Source: Eledone cirrhosa (taxonomy: Eukaryota). Taken from it: a DNA stretch of 64,000 nucleotides. This document shows positions 15,701 through 31,600 of the stretch, piece by piece. The notes under the pieces are model-generated. The model was not told the DNA's origin, made no database searches, and worked only from the letters and a program-made list of their open reading frames with translations. The stretch spans positions 317,750,001 to 317,814,000 of the forward strand of contig OZ024740.1 in assembly GCA_964016885.1 (NCBI GenBank). The letters are read 5' to 3'. The position numbers and the translations under genes are program-made. Position 1 is the first letter of the stretch. Each line of letters opens with the position of its first letter.

Positions 15701-15800
15701 TCTATACACCACTCTAGACCACCAATCTATACACCACTTCAGACCTCCAATCCATACAACACTACAGACCTCCAAACTATACGCCACTCCATACCTTCTA
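6780..15800 (+). repeat. HOR block B: about 3 copies of a ~3.1 kb (~123-128 monomer) unit; the third copy has internal deletions
   Basis: TTGAGACCACGAGTCTATAC at 7778/10972/14040 (offsets 3194, 3068). CATGCACC at 6971/10063/13132. The 24-bp monomer AGATTCC at 7607/10751/13819. Near-identical ORF pairs 7819/11013 and 10064/13133. Confidence 0.9.
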
Positions 15801-15929
15801 TCCATACACTACTCCAGACTTCCAAGCTATACACCACTCCAGACACCAAGCTATACACCACTCCAGATCTCCAATCCATATACCTATCCAGACTTCCAAT
15901 CTATACACCACTCCAGACACCAAGCTATA

Positions 15930-16480
15930 CACCATTCCAGACATCCAATCTATACACCACTCTAGACCATCAATCTATACACCACTCCAGACCTCCAATC
16001 TATACACAATTCTAGACCTCCAATCTATACACCACTCCAGACTTCCAATCTATACACCATTCCAGACTTCCAATCTATACACCACTCCAGACCTCCAATC
16101 CATACACCACTCCAGACCTCCAAACTATACGCCACTCCATACCTTCTATCCATACACTACTCCAGACTTCCAAGGTATACACCACTCCAGACACCAAGCT
16201 ATACACCACTCCAGACATCCAATCTATACACCACTCTAGACCATCAATCTATACACCACTCCAGACCTCCAATCTATACACAATTCTAGACCTCCAATCT
16301 ATACACCACTCCAGACTTCCAATCTATACACCATTCCAGACTTCCAATCTATACACCACTCCAGACCTCCAATCCATACACCACTCCAGACCTCCAAACT
16401 ATACGCCACTCCATACCTTCTATCCATACACTACTCCAGACTTCCAAGGTATACACCACTCCAGACACCAAGCTATACAC
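15930..16480 (+). repeat. Tandem duplication of 274 bp (11 monomers, one of them 24 bp)
   Basis: CAAGGTATAC at 16171/16445 and TATACACAATTCTAGA at 16001/16275 are both 274 bp apart. Confidence 0.85.
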
Positions 16481-16649
16481 CACTCCAGGCCTCCAATCTA
16501 TACACCACTCGAGACCACCAATCTATACACCACTCCAGACCACTAATCTATACACCACTCCAGACTTCCAATCTATACACCACTCCAGGCCCCCAATCTA
16601 TACACCACTCCAGACCTCCACTCTATACACCACTCCAGACCTCCAATCT

Positions 16650-16960
16650 ATACACCACTCCAGACCACTAATCTATACACCACTCCAGACTTCCAATCTA
16701 TACACCACTCCAGAATTTTAATCTATACACCACTCCAGACCTTCAATCCATGCACCACTCCAGACTTCCAATCTATACACCCCTCCAGACCTCCAAGCTA
16801 TACACCACTCCAGACCACTAATCTATACACCACTCCAGACTTCCAATCTATACACCACTCCAGAATTTTAATCTATACACCACTCCAGACCTTCAATCCA
16901 TGCACCACTCCAGACTTCCAATCTATACACCACTCCAGACCTCCAAGCTATACACCACTC
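16650..16960 (+). repeat. Tandem duplication of 150 bp (6 monomers)
   Basis: CAGAATTTTA at 16711 and 16861, each followed by CTTCAATCCATGCACC. Confidence 0.85.
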
Positions 16961-16999
16961 AAGACCTCCAATCTATACACCACTCCAGACTTTCAATCT

Positions 17000-19900
17000 A
17001 TACACCACTCCAGATATCCAATCTATACACCACTCCAGTACTCCAATCTATACACCACTCCAGGCCTCCAATATATAAACCACTCCAATCCTCCAATCTA
17101 TACACCACTCCAGGCCTCCAATCTATACACCACTCGAGACCACCAATCTATACACCACGCCAGACCTCCAATCTATCCAACACTCCAGGCCTCCAATCTA
17201 TACACCACTCTAGACCACCAATCTATACACCATTTCAGACCTCCAATCCATACACCACTCCAGATCTCCAAACTATACACCACTCCATACCTTCTATCCA
17301 TACACTACTCCAGACTTCCAAGCTATACACCACTCCAGACACCAAGCTATACACCACTCCAGGCCTCCAATCTATACACCACTCCAGATCACTAATCTAT
17401 ACACCACTCCAGACTTCTAATCTATACACCACTCCATACTTCCAATCTATACACCACTCCAGGCCCCCAATCAATACACCACTCCAGACCTCCAATTTAT
17501 ACACCACTCCAGACCTCCAATCTATACACCACTCTAGACCACCAATCTATACACCACTCCAGACCTCCAATCTATACACAATTCCAGACCTCCAATCTAT
17601 ACACCACTCTAGACCACCAATCTATACACCACTCCAGACAACTAATCTATACACCACTCCAGTACTCCAATCTATACATCACTCCAGACCTCCAATCTAT
17701 ACACCACTCTAGACTTGCAATCTATACACCACTCCAGACCTCTAATCTATAGACCACTCCAGACCTCCAATCTATACACCACTCCAGACCTCCAATCTAT
17801 ACACCACTCCAGACCTCCAATCTATACACCACTCCAGAGTTCCAATATATATATCTCTCAAGGCCCCCAATCTATACACCACTCCAGACATCCAATCTAT
17901 ACACCTCTCTAGACCACCAATCTATACACCACTCCAGACCTCCACTCTATACACCACTTCAGACCTCCAATCTATACACCACTCCAGACCTTCAATCCAT
18001 ATACCACTCCAGACTTCCAATCTATACACCACTCCAGACACCAAGCTATACACCATTCCAGACATCCAATCTATACACCACTCTAGACCATCAATCTATA
18101 CACCACTCCAGACCTCCAATCTATACACAATTCCAGACCTCCAATCTATACACCACTCCAGAGTTCCAATCTATACATCTCTCCAGGCCCCCAATCTATA
18201 CGCCACTCCTGACCTCCAATATATACACCACACCAGACCGCCAATCTAAACACCACTCTAGACCACCAATCTATACACCACTCCAGACCTGCAATCTATA
18301 CACCACTTCAGACCTCCAATCTATACACCACTCCAGATCTGCAATCTATACACCACTCCAGACCTCCAATCTATACACCACTCCAGACTTCCAATCTATA
18401 CACCACTCCAGATCATCAATCTATACACCACTCCAGACCTCCAATCCATACACCACTCCAGACCTCCAATCTATACACCACTCCAGACCTCCAAGCTATA
18501 CACCTCTCCAGACCTCCAATCTATACACCACTCTAGACAACTAATCTATACACCACTCAAGACCTCCAATCTATACACCACTCCAGACTTCCAATCTATA
18601 CACCATACCAGACTTCCAATCTATACACCACTCCAGACTTCTAATCTATTCACCACTCCAGTACTCCAATCTATACAACACTCCAGGCCTCCAATCTATA
18701 CACCATTCCAGACCACCAACCTATACACCACTCCAGGCCACCAATCTAAATACCACTCCAGGCCTCCAATCTATACACCACTCCAGACCACCAATCTATA
18801 CACCACTCGAGGCCTCCAATCTATACACCACTCGAGACCACCAATCTATACACCACTCCAGACCACTAATCAATACACCACTCCAGACTTCCAATCTATA
18901 CACCACTCCAGGCCCCCAATCTATACACCACCCCAGACCTCCAATCTATGCACCACTCCAGACCTCCAAACTATACACCACTCCATACCTTCTATCCATA
19001 CACTACTCCAAACTTCCAAGCTATACACCACTCCAGACACCAAGCTATACACCACTCCAGGTCTCCATTTCTATACACCACTCAAGACCACCAATCCATA
19101 CGCCACACCAGACCACTAATCTATACACCACTTTAGACTTCTAATCTATACACCACTCCAGACTTCCAATCTATACACCACTCCACACCCCCAATCTATA
19201 CACCACTCAAGAACTCCAATCTATACACCACTCCAGACCTCCAATCTATACACCACTCTAGACCACCTAATCTATACACCACTCCAGACCTCCAATCCAT
19301 ACATCACTCCAGACCTCCAATCTATACAACACTCCAGACCTTCAATCCATATACCACTCCAGACTTCCAATCTATACACCACTCCAGACACCAAGCTATA
19401 CATCATTCCAGACATCCAATCTATACACCACTCTAGACCATCAATCTATACACCACTCCAGACCTTCTATCCATACACTACTCCAGACTTCCAAGCTATA
19501 CACCACACCAGACACCAAGCTATACACCACTCCAGGCCTCCAATCTATACACCACTCGAGACCACCAATCTATACACCACTCCAGGCCCCCAATCTATAC
19601 ACCACTCCAGACTTCCAATCTATACACCACTCTAGACAACTAATCTATACACCACTCAAGACCTCCAATCTATACACCACTCCAGACTTCCAATCTATAC
19701 ATCACTCCAGGCCTTCAATCCATACACCATACCAGACTTCCAATCTATACACCACTCCAGACTTCTAATCTATTCACCACTCCAGTACTCCAATCTATAC
19801 AGCACTCCAGACCTCCAATCTATACACCATTCCAGACCACCAACCTATACACCACTCCCGGCCACCAATCTAAATACCACTCCAGGCCTCCAATCTATAC

Positions 19901-22900
19901 ACCACTCCAGACCACCAATCTATACACCACTCGAGGCCTCCAATCTATACACCACTCCAGACCACCAATCTATACACCACTCCAGACCAGTAATCTATAC
20001 ACCACTCCAGACTTCCAATCTATACACCATTCCAGACTTCCAATCTATACACCACTCTAGACCACCAATCTATACACTACTTCAGACCTCCAATCAATAC
20101 ACCACTCCAGACCTCCAAACTATACACCACTCCATACCTTCTATCCATACACTACTCCAGACTTCCAAGCTATACACCACTCCAGATACCAAGCTATACA
20201 CCACTCCAGGCCTCCAATCTATAAACCACTCGAGACCACCAATCTATACACCAATCCAGACCACTAATCTATACACCACTCCAGACTTCCAATCTATACA
20301 CCACTCTAGACCAACAATCTATACACCACTCCAGACCTCCAATCCACATATCACTCCAGACCTCCAATCTATACACCACTCCAGACCTTCACTCCATATA
20401 CCACTCCAGACTTCCAATCTATACACCACTCCAGACATCCAATCTATACACCACTCGAGGCCCCCAATCTATACACCACTCCAGACCTCCAATCTATACA
20501 CCACTCCAGACCTCCAATCTATACACCTCTCTAGACCAACAATCTATACACCACTCCAGACCTCCAATCCATATATCACTCCAGACCTCCAATCTATACA
20601 CCACTCCAGACCTTCACTCCATATACCACTCCAGACTTCCAATCTATACACCACTCCAGACATCCAATCTATACACCACTCTAGACCATCAATCTATACA
20701 CCATTCGAGACATCCAATCTATACACCACTCTAGACCATCAATCTATACACCACTTCAGATCTCCAATCTATACACAATTCCAGACCTCCAATCTATACA
20801 CCACTCCAGACCTCCAATCTATACACCAATCCAGACCTCCTATCTATACACCACTCCAGAGTTCCAATCTATACATCTCTCCAGGCCCCAATCTATACGC
20901 CATTCCTGACCTCCAATCTATATACCACACCAGACTGCCAATCTAAACACCACTCCAGATCTGCAATCTATACACCACTTCAGACATCTAATCTATACAC
21001 CACTCCAGACCTCCAATCTATACACCACTCCAGACCTCCAATCTATACACCACTCCAGTACTCCAATCTATACAGCACTCCAGGCCTCCAATCTATACAC
21101 CACTCCAGACCTCCAATCTATACACCACTCTAGACCACCAATCTATACACCACTCTAGACCACCAATCTATAGAGCACTCTAGATCACTAATCTATACAC
21201 CACTCCAGACTTCCAATCTATATACCACTCCAGAATTTTAATCTATACACCACTCCAGACCTCCAAGCTATACACCACTCAAGACCTCCAATCTATACAC
21301 CACTCTAGACCACTAATCTATACACCACTCCAGACCTCCAATCTATACACCACTCCAGACTTCCAATCTATACACCACTCCAGATATCCAATCTATACAC
21401 CAGTCCAGTACTCCAATCTATACACCACTCCAGGCCTCCAATATATAAACCACTCCAATCCACCAATCTATACACCACTCCAGGCCTCCAATCTATACAC
21501 CACTCGAGACCACCAATCTATACACCACGCCAGACCTCCAATCTATCCACCACTCCAGGCCTCCAGTCTATACACCACACTAGACCACCAATCTATACAC
21601 CACTTCAGACCTCCAATCCATACACCACTCCAGATCTCCAAACTATACACCACTCCATACCTTCTATCCATACACTACTCCAGACTTCCAAGCTATACAC
21701 CACTCCAGACTTCTAATCTATACACCACTCCATACTTCCAATCTATACACCACTCCAGGCCCCCAATCTATACACCACTCCAGACCTCCAATCTATACAC
21801 CACTCCAGACCTCCAATCTATACACCACTCTAGACCACCAATCTATACACCACTCCAGACCTCCAATCTATACACAATTCCAGACCTCCAATCTATACAC
21901 CACTCTAGTCCACTAATCTATACACCACTGTAGACCTCCAATCTATACACCACTCCAGACCACTAATCGATACACCACTCCAGACCACTAATCTATACAC
22001 CACTCCAGAGTTCCAATCTATACATCTCTCCAGGCCCCCAATCTATACGCCACTCCTGACCTCCAATCTATACACCACACCAGACCGTCAATCTAAACAC
22101 CACTCTAGACCACCAATCTATACACCACTCCAGACAACTAATCTATACACCACTCCAGTACTCCAATCTATACATCACTCCTGACTTCCAATCTATACAC
22201 CACTCCAGACCTCCAATCTATTCACAACTCTAGACCTGCAATCTATACACCACTCCAGACCTCTAATCTATACACCACTCCAGACCTCCAATCTATACAC
22301 CACTCCAGACCTCCAATCTATACACCACTCCAGACCTCCAATCTATACACCACTCCAGAGTTCCAATATATACATCTCTCCAGGCCCCCAATCTATACGC
22401 AACTCCTGACCTCCAATCTATACACCACACCAGACCGCCAATCTAAACACCTCTCTAGACCACCAATCAATACACGACTCCAGACCTCCACTCTATACAC
22501 CACTTCAGACCTCCAATCTATACACCACTCCAGACCTTCAATCCATATACCACTCCAGACTTCCAATCTATACACCACTCCAGACACCAATCTATACACC
22601 ACTCCAGACCTGCAATCTATACACCACTTCAGACCTCCAATCTATACACCACTCCAGTACTCCAATCCATACATCACTAGAGACCTCCAATCTATACACC
22701 ACTCCAAAACTCCAATCTATACTCCACTCCAGACCACCAATCTATACACCACTCCAGACTTCCAATCTATACACCACTCCAGACTTCCTATCTATATACC
22801 ACTCCAGATTCCAATCTATACAGCACTCCAGACCTCCAATCTATACACCACTCCAGACTTCCAATCTATACACCACTCCAGACCACCAATCTATACACCA

Positions 22901-25900
22901 CTCCAGACCACTAATCTATACACCACTTTAGACTTCTAATCTATACACCACTCCAGACTTCCAATCTATACACCACTCCAGGCCCCCAATCTATACACCA
23001 CTCCAGACCTCCAATCTATACACCACTCCAGACCTCCAATCTATACACCACTCTAGATCACCAATCTATACACCACTCCAGACCTCCAATCCATACATCA
23101 CTCCAGACCTCCAATCTATACACCACTCCAGACACCAAGCTATACATCATTCCAGACATCCAATCTATACACCACTCTAGACCATCAATCTATACACCAC
23201 TCCAGACCTGCAATCTATACACAATTCCAGACCTCCAATCTATACACCACTCCAGATTCCAATCTATACAGCACTCCAGACCTCCAATCTATACACCACT
23301 CCAGACTTCCAATCTATACACCACTCCAGACCACCAATCTATACACCACTCCAGACCTCCAATCCATACACCACTCCAGGCCTCCATTTCTATACACCAC
23401 ACGAGACCACCGATCTATACGCCACTCCAGACCACTAATCTATACACCACTCCAGACTTCCAATCTATACACCACTCCAGGCCTTCAATCCATACACCAT
23501 ACCAGACTTCCAATCTATACACCACTCCAGACTTCTAATCTATTCACCACTCCAGTACTCCAATCTATACAGCACTCCAGGCCTCCAATCTATACACTCC
23601 AGGCCACCAACCTATACACCACACCAGGCCACCAATCTAAATACCACTCCAGGCCTCCAATCTATACACCACTCCAGACCACCAATCTATACACCACTCG
23701 AGACCACTAATCTATACACCACTCCACACTTCCAATCTATACACCATTCCAGACTTCCAATCTATACACCACTCCAGGCCCCCAATCTATACACCACCCC
23801 AGACCTCCAATCTATGCACCACTCCAGACCTCCAATCTATACACCACTCTAGACCACCAATCTATACACCACTTCAGACCACCATTCCATACACCACTCC
23901 AGACCTCCAAACTATACACCACTCCATACCTTCTATCCATACACTACTACAAACTTCCAAGCTATACACCACTCCAGACACCAAGCTATACACCACTCCA
24001 GGCCTCCATTTCTATACACCACACGAGACCACCGATCTATACGCCACTCCAGACCACTAATCTATACACCACTTTAGACTTCTAATCTATACACCACTCC
24101 AGACTTCCAATCTATACACCACTCCAGGCCCCCAATCTATACACCACTCCAGACCTCCAATCTATACACCACTCCAGACCTCCAATCTATACACCACTCT
24201 AGATCACCAATCTATACACCACTCCAGACCTCCAATCCATACATCACTCCAGACCTCCAATCTATACACCACTCCAGACACCAAGCTATACATCATTCCA
24301 GACATCCAATCTATACACCACTCTAGACCATCAATCTATACACCACTCCAGACCTGCAATCTATACACAATTCCAGACCTCCAATCTATACACCACTCCA
24401 GAGTTCCAATCTATACATCTCTCCAGGCCCCCAATCTATACGCCACTCCTGACCTCCAATCTATACACCACACCAGACCTGCAATCTATACACCACTTCA
24501 GACCTCCAATCTATACACCACTCCAGACCTCCAATCTATACACCACTCCAGCCCTCCAATCTATACACCACTCCAGTACTCCAATCTATACATCACACCA
24601 GACCTCCAATCTATACACCACTCCAGACCTCCAATCTATACTCCAGTCCAGACCACCAATCTATACACCATTCTAGACCACTAATCTATACACCACTCCA
24701 GACTTCCAATCTATACACCACTCCAGACATCCTATCTATACACCACTCCAGACTTCCAAACTATACAGCATTCCAGACCTCCAATCTATACACCACTCCA
24801 GACTTCCAATCTATACACCACTCCAGACCACCAATCTATACACCACTCCAGACCTCCAATCCATACACCACTCCAGACCTCCAATCTATACACCACTCCA
24901 GACCTCCAAGCTATACACCACTCCAGATCTCCAATCTATACACCACTCTAGACCACTAATCTATACACCACTCAAGACCTCCAATCTATACACCACTCCA
25001 GACCTCCAATCTATACACCACTACATACTTCCAATGTATACACCACTCCAGACTTCAATCTATACACCACTCCAGACCTTCAATCCATACACCATACCAG
25101 ACTTCCAATCTATACACTACTCCAGACTTCTAATCTATACACCACTCCAGACTTCCAATCTATACACCACTCCAGGCCCCCAATCTATACACCACTCCAG
25201 ACATCCAATCTATACACCACTCCAGACCTCCAATCTATACACCACTCTAGACCACCAATCTATACACCACTCCTGACCTCCAATCCATACACCACTCCAG
25301 ACCTCCAATCTATACACCACTCTAGTCCACTAATCTATACACCACTCCAGACCTGCAATCTATACACCACTCAAGACCTCCAATCTATACACCACTCCAG
25401 ACCTCCAATCTATACACCACTCCAGACCTCCAATCTATACACCACTCCAGAGTTCCAATCTATACATCTCTCCAGGCCCCCAATCTATACGCCACTCCTG
25501 ACCTCCAATCTATACACCACACCAGACCGCCAATCTAAACACCACTCTAGACCACCAATCTATACACCACTCCAGACCTCCAATCTATACACCACTTCAG
25601 ACCTGGAATCTATACACCACCCCAGAACTCCAATCTCTACACCACTCCAGACCTCCAATATATACACCACTCCAGACCTCCGATCTATACACCACTCTAG
25701 ACCACTAATCTATACACCACTCCAGACTTACAATCTATACACCACTCCAGGCACCCAATCTATACACCACTCCAGACCTCCAATCTATACACCACTCCAG
25801 ACCTCTAATCTATACACCACTCTAGACCACCAATCTATACACCACTCCAGACCTCCAATCCATACACCGCTCCAGACCTCCAATCTATACACCACTCCAG

Positions 25901-28900
25901 ACCTTCAATCCATATACCACTCCAGACTTCCAATCTATACACCACTCCAGACACCAAGCTATACACCATTCCAGACATCTAATCTATACACCACTCCAGA
26001 CCTCAAATCTATACACCATTCCAGACCTCCAATCTATACACCACTCCAGAGTTCCAATCTATACATCCTCCAGGCCACCAATCTATACGCCACTCCTGAC
26101 CTCCAATCTATACACCACACCAGACCGCCAATCTATACACCACTTCAGACCTCCAATCTATACCCCACTCCAGACCTCCAATCTATACACCACTCCAGAC
26201 CTCCAATCTATACACCACTCCAGTACTCCAATCTATACATCACTCAAGACTCCAATCTATACACCACTCTAGACCTCCAATCTATACTCCACTCCAGACC
26301 ACCAATCTATACAATACTCTAGACCACTAATCTATACACCACTCCAGACTTCCAATCTATACACCACTCCAGACTTCCAATCTATACACCACTCCAGACT
26401 TCCAATCTATACACCACTCCAAACTTCTAATCTATACATCACTCCAGACTTCCAATCTATACACAACTCCAGACTTCCAATCTATACACCACTCCAGACC
26501 ACCAATCTATACACTACTCTAGACCACTAATCTATACAGCACTCCAGACCTCCAATCCATACACCACTCCTGACCTCCAATCTATACACCAATCCAGACC
26601 TCCAATCTATACACCAATCCAGACTTCCAATCTATAAACCACTTCAGACCACCAATCTATACACCACTCCAGACCTCCAATCCATACACCACTCCAGACC
26701 TCCAATCTATACACCACTCCAGACCTCCAAGCTATACACCACTCCAGACCTCCAATCTATACACCACTCTAGACCACTAATCTATACACCACTCCAGACC
26801 TCCAATCTATACACCACTCCAGACCTCCAATCTATACACTACTCCAGTCTTCCAATCTATACACCACTCCAGACTTCCAATCTATACACCACTCCAGACT
26901 TCCAATCTATACACCTCTCCAGACCTCCAATCCATACACCATACCAGACTTCCAATCTATACACCACTCAAGACTTCTAATCTATACACCACTCCATTAC
27001 TCCAATCTATACACCACTCCAGGCCTCCAATCTATACAACACTCCAGACCACCAATCTATACACCACTTGAAGCCTCCAATCTATACACCACTCTAGACC
27101 ACCAATCTATACACCACTCCTGACCTCCAATCCATACACCACTCCAGACCTTCAATCCATATACCACTCCAGACTTCCAATCTATACACAACTCCAGACA
27201 CCAATCTATACACCACTCCAGACCTCCAATCTATACACCACTTCAGACCTCCAATCTATACACCACTCCAGACCTCCAATCTATACACCACTCCAGACCT
27301 CCAATCTATACAGTACTCCAGTACTCCAATCTATACATCACTCCAGACTTCCAATCTATACACCACTCCAGACCTTCAATCTATACACCACTCTAGACCT
27401 CCAATCTATACACCACTCCAGACTTCCAATCTATACACCACTCCAGACCTCCAATCTATACACCACTCTAGTCCACTAATCTATACACCACTCCAGACCT
27501 GCAATCTATACACCACTCCAGACCTGCAATCTATACACCACTCCAGACCTCCAATTTATACACCACTCCAGACCTCCAATCTATACACCACTCCAGAGTT
27601 CCAATCTATACATCTCTCCAGGCCCCCAATCTATACGCCACTCCTGACCTCCAATCTATACACCAATCCAGACCTCCAATCTATACACCACTCCAGACTT
27701 CCAATCTATACACCACTTCAGACCTCCAACCTATACACCACTCCAGAGATCCAATCTATACATCTCTCCAGGCCCCCAATCTATACGCCACTCCAGACCG
27801 CCAATCTAAACACCACTCCAGACCTCCAATCTATACACCACTCCAGACCTCCAATCTATACACCACTCCAGTCCTCCAATCTATACACCACTCTAGACCT
27901 CCAATCTATACACCACTCCAGACCTCCAATCTATACACCACTCCAGACCTCCAATCTATACACCATTCCAGACCTCCAATCTATACACACTCCAGAGTTC
28001 CAATCTATACATCTCTCCAGGCCCCCAATCTATACGCCACTCCTGACCTCCAATCTATACACCACACCAGACCGCCAATCTAAACACCACTCTAGACCTC
28101 CAATCTATCCACCAATCCAGACCTCCAATCTATACACCACTTCAGACCTCTAATCTATACACCACTCCAGACCTCCAATCTATACATCTCTCCAGGTCCC
28201 CAATCTATACACCACTCCAGACTTCCAATCTATACACCACTCCAGACATCCAATCTATACACCACTCCAGACCACCAATCTATACACCACTCTAGACCAC
28301 TAATCTATACACCACTCGAGACCTCCAATCCATACACCACTGCAGACCTCTAATCTATACACCACTCCAGACCTCTAAGCTATACACCACTCCAGACCTC
28401 CAATCTATACACCACTCTAGACCACTAATCTATACACCACTCAAGACCTCCAATCTATATACCACTCCAGACCTCCAATCTATACACCACTCCAGACTTC
28501 CAATCTATACATCACTCCAGACCTCCAATCTATGCACCACTCAAGACCTCCAATCTACACTCCACTCCAGACCACCAATCTATACACCACTCTAGACCAC
28601 TAATCTATACACCACTCCAGACTTCCAATCTATACACCACTCCAGACTTCCTATCTATACACCACTCCAGACTTCCAATCTATACAGCACTCCACCCCTC
28701 CAATCTATACACCAATCCAGACTTCCAATCTATACACTACTCCAAACCACCAATCTATATACCACTCCAAACCTCCAATCCATACACCACTTCAGACCTC
28801 CAATCTATACACCACTCCAGACCTCCAAGCTATACACCACTCCAGACCTCCAATCTATACACCACTCTAGACCACTAATCTATACACCACTCCAGACCTT

Positions 28901-31600
28901 CAATCTATACAGTACTCCAGACTTCCAATCTTTACACCACTCCAGACTTCCAATCTATACACCACTCCAGACTTCCAATCTATACACCACTCCAGACCTT
29001 CAATCCATACACCACTCCAGACCTTCAATCTATACACTTCTCCAGACTTCCAATCTTTACACCACTCCAGACTTCCAATCTATACACCATCCCAGACTTC
29101 CAATCTATACACCACTCCAGACTTCTAATCTATACACCACTCCAGTACTCCAACCTATACACCACTCTAGGCCTCCAATCTATACACCATTCCATACCAC
29201 CAACCTATACACCACTCCAGGGCACCAATCTAAATACCACTCCTGGCCTCCAATCTATACATCACTCCAGACCACCAATCTATACACCACTCGACGCCTC
29301 CAATCTATACACCACTCGAGACCAACAATCTATACACCACTCCAGACCTCCAATCCATACACCACTCCAGACCTCCAATCTATACACCACTCCAGACCTC
29401 CAAGCTATACACCACTCCAGACCTCCAATATATACACCACTCCAGACCTCCAATCCATACACCACTCCAGACCTCCAATCTATACACCACTCCAGACCTC
29501 CAAGCTATACACCACTCCAGACCTCCAATCTATACACCACTAATCTATACACCACTCCAGACCAGCAATCTATACACCACTCCAGACCTCCAATCTATAC
29601 TCCACTCCAGACCTCCAATCTATACACCACTCGAGACCTCCAATCTATACACCACTCCAGACCTCTAATCTATGCACCATTCCAGAGTTCCAATCTATAC
29701 ATCTCTCCAGGCCCCCAATCTATACGCCACTCCTGACCTCCAATCTATACACCACACCAGATCGCCAATCTAAACACCACTCTAGACGACCAATCTATAC
29801 ACCACTCCAGACCTCCAATCTATACTCCACTCCAGACCACCAATCTATACACCCCTCTAGACCACTAATCTATACACCACTCCAGACTTCCAATCTATAC
29901 ACCACTCCAGACTTCCTATCTATACACCACTCCAGACTTCCAATCTATAAAGCACTCCAGACCTCCAATCTATACACCACTCCAGACATCCAATCTATAC
30001 ACCACTCCAGACCACCAATCTATACACCACTCTAGACCACTAATCTATACACCACTCCAGACCTCCAATCCATACACCACTCCAGATTTCCAATCTATAC
30101 ACCACTCCAGACCTCCAATCTATACACCACTCTCGACCACTAATCTATACACCACTCAAGACCTCCAATCTATACACCACTCCAGACTTCCAATCTATAC
30201 ACCACTACATACTTCCAATGTATACACCTCTCCAGATCTCCAATATATACACCACTCCAGACCTCCGATCTATACACCACTCTAGACCACTAATCTATAC
30301 ACCAAACCAGACCTCCAATCTATACACCACTCCAGACCTCCAATCTATACACCACTCCAGACTTCCAATCTATACACCACTCCAGACCTTCAATCCATAC
30401 ACCATACCAGACTTCCAATCTATACACCACTCCAGACTTCTAATCTATACATCACTCCAGACCTCCAATCTATACACCACTACAGTACTCCAATCTATAC
30501 ACCACTCCAGGCCTCCAATCTATACACCATTCCAGACCTCCAATCTATACACAACTCCTGCCTCCAATCTATACACCACACCAGACCACCAATCTATACA
30601 CCACTCGAGGCCTCCAATCTATACACCACTCGAGACCAGCAGTCTATACACCACTCCAGACGACTAATCTATACACCACTCCAGACTTCTAATCTATACA
30701 CCACTCCAGACTTCCAATCTATACACCACACCAGGCCCAAATCTGTACACCACTCCAGACCTCCAATCTATACACCACTCCAGACCTCCAATCTATACAC
30801 CACTCCAGAGCTTCAATCCATATACCACTCCAGACTTCCAATCTATACACCACTCCAGACACCAAGCTATACACCATTCCAGACATCCAATCTATACACC
30901 ACTCTAGACCATCAATCTATACACCACTCCAGACCTCCAATCTATACACCACCCCTGACCTCCAATCCATACACCACTCCAGACCTTCAATCCATATACC
31001 ACTCCAGACTTCCAATCTATACATCACTCCAGACACCAATCTATACACCACTTTAGACCATCAATCTATACACCACTCCAGACCGCCAATCTAATAACAC
31101 TCTAGACCACCAATCTATACACCACTCCAGTACTCCAATCTATACATCACTCCAGACTTCCAATCTATACACCACTCCAGACCTCCAATCTATACACCAC
31201 TCTAGACCTCCAATCTATACACCACTCCAGACTTCCAATCTATACACCACTCCAGACCTCAAATCTATACACCAATCCAGACCTCCAATCCATACACCAC
31301 TCCAGACTTCAAATCTATACACCACTCCAGACTTCCAATCTATACACCACTCCAGACCTTCAATCCATACACCATACCAGACTACCAATATATACACCAC
31401 TCCAGACTTCTAATCTATACACCACCCCAGACTTCAAATCTATACATCACTCCAGACCTCCAATCTATACACCACTCCAGTACTCCAATCTATACACCAC
31501 TCCAGGCCTCCAATCTATACACCATTCCAGACCACCAATCTATACACCACTCCAGGCCCCCAATTTATACACCACTCCAGACCTCCAATCTATACACCAC
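17000..31600 (+). repeat. Mosaic satellite zone with dispersed segmental copies and no single regular HOR period
   Basis: Shared blocks sit at irregular offsets: CTATTCACC at 18646/19770/23540, and CACCACTTTAGACTTCT and CTCTAGATCACC at 22921/24067 and 23051/24197 (1146). Many singleton variants occur at 26-30 kb. Confidence 0.65.
20300..20680 (+). repeat. Local duplication with 225 bp offset (9 monomers)
   Basis: CCAACAATC at 20311/20536 and ACTCCATATA at 20391/20616. Confidence 0.8.
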
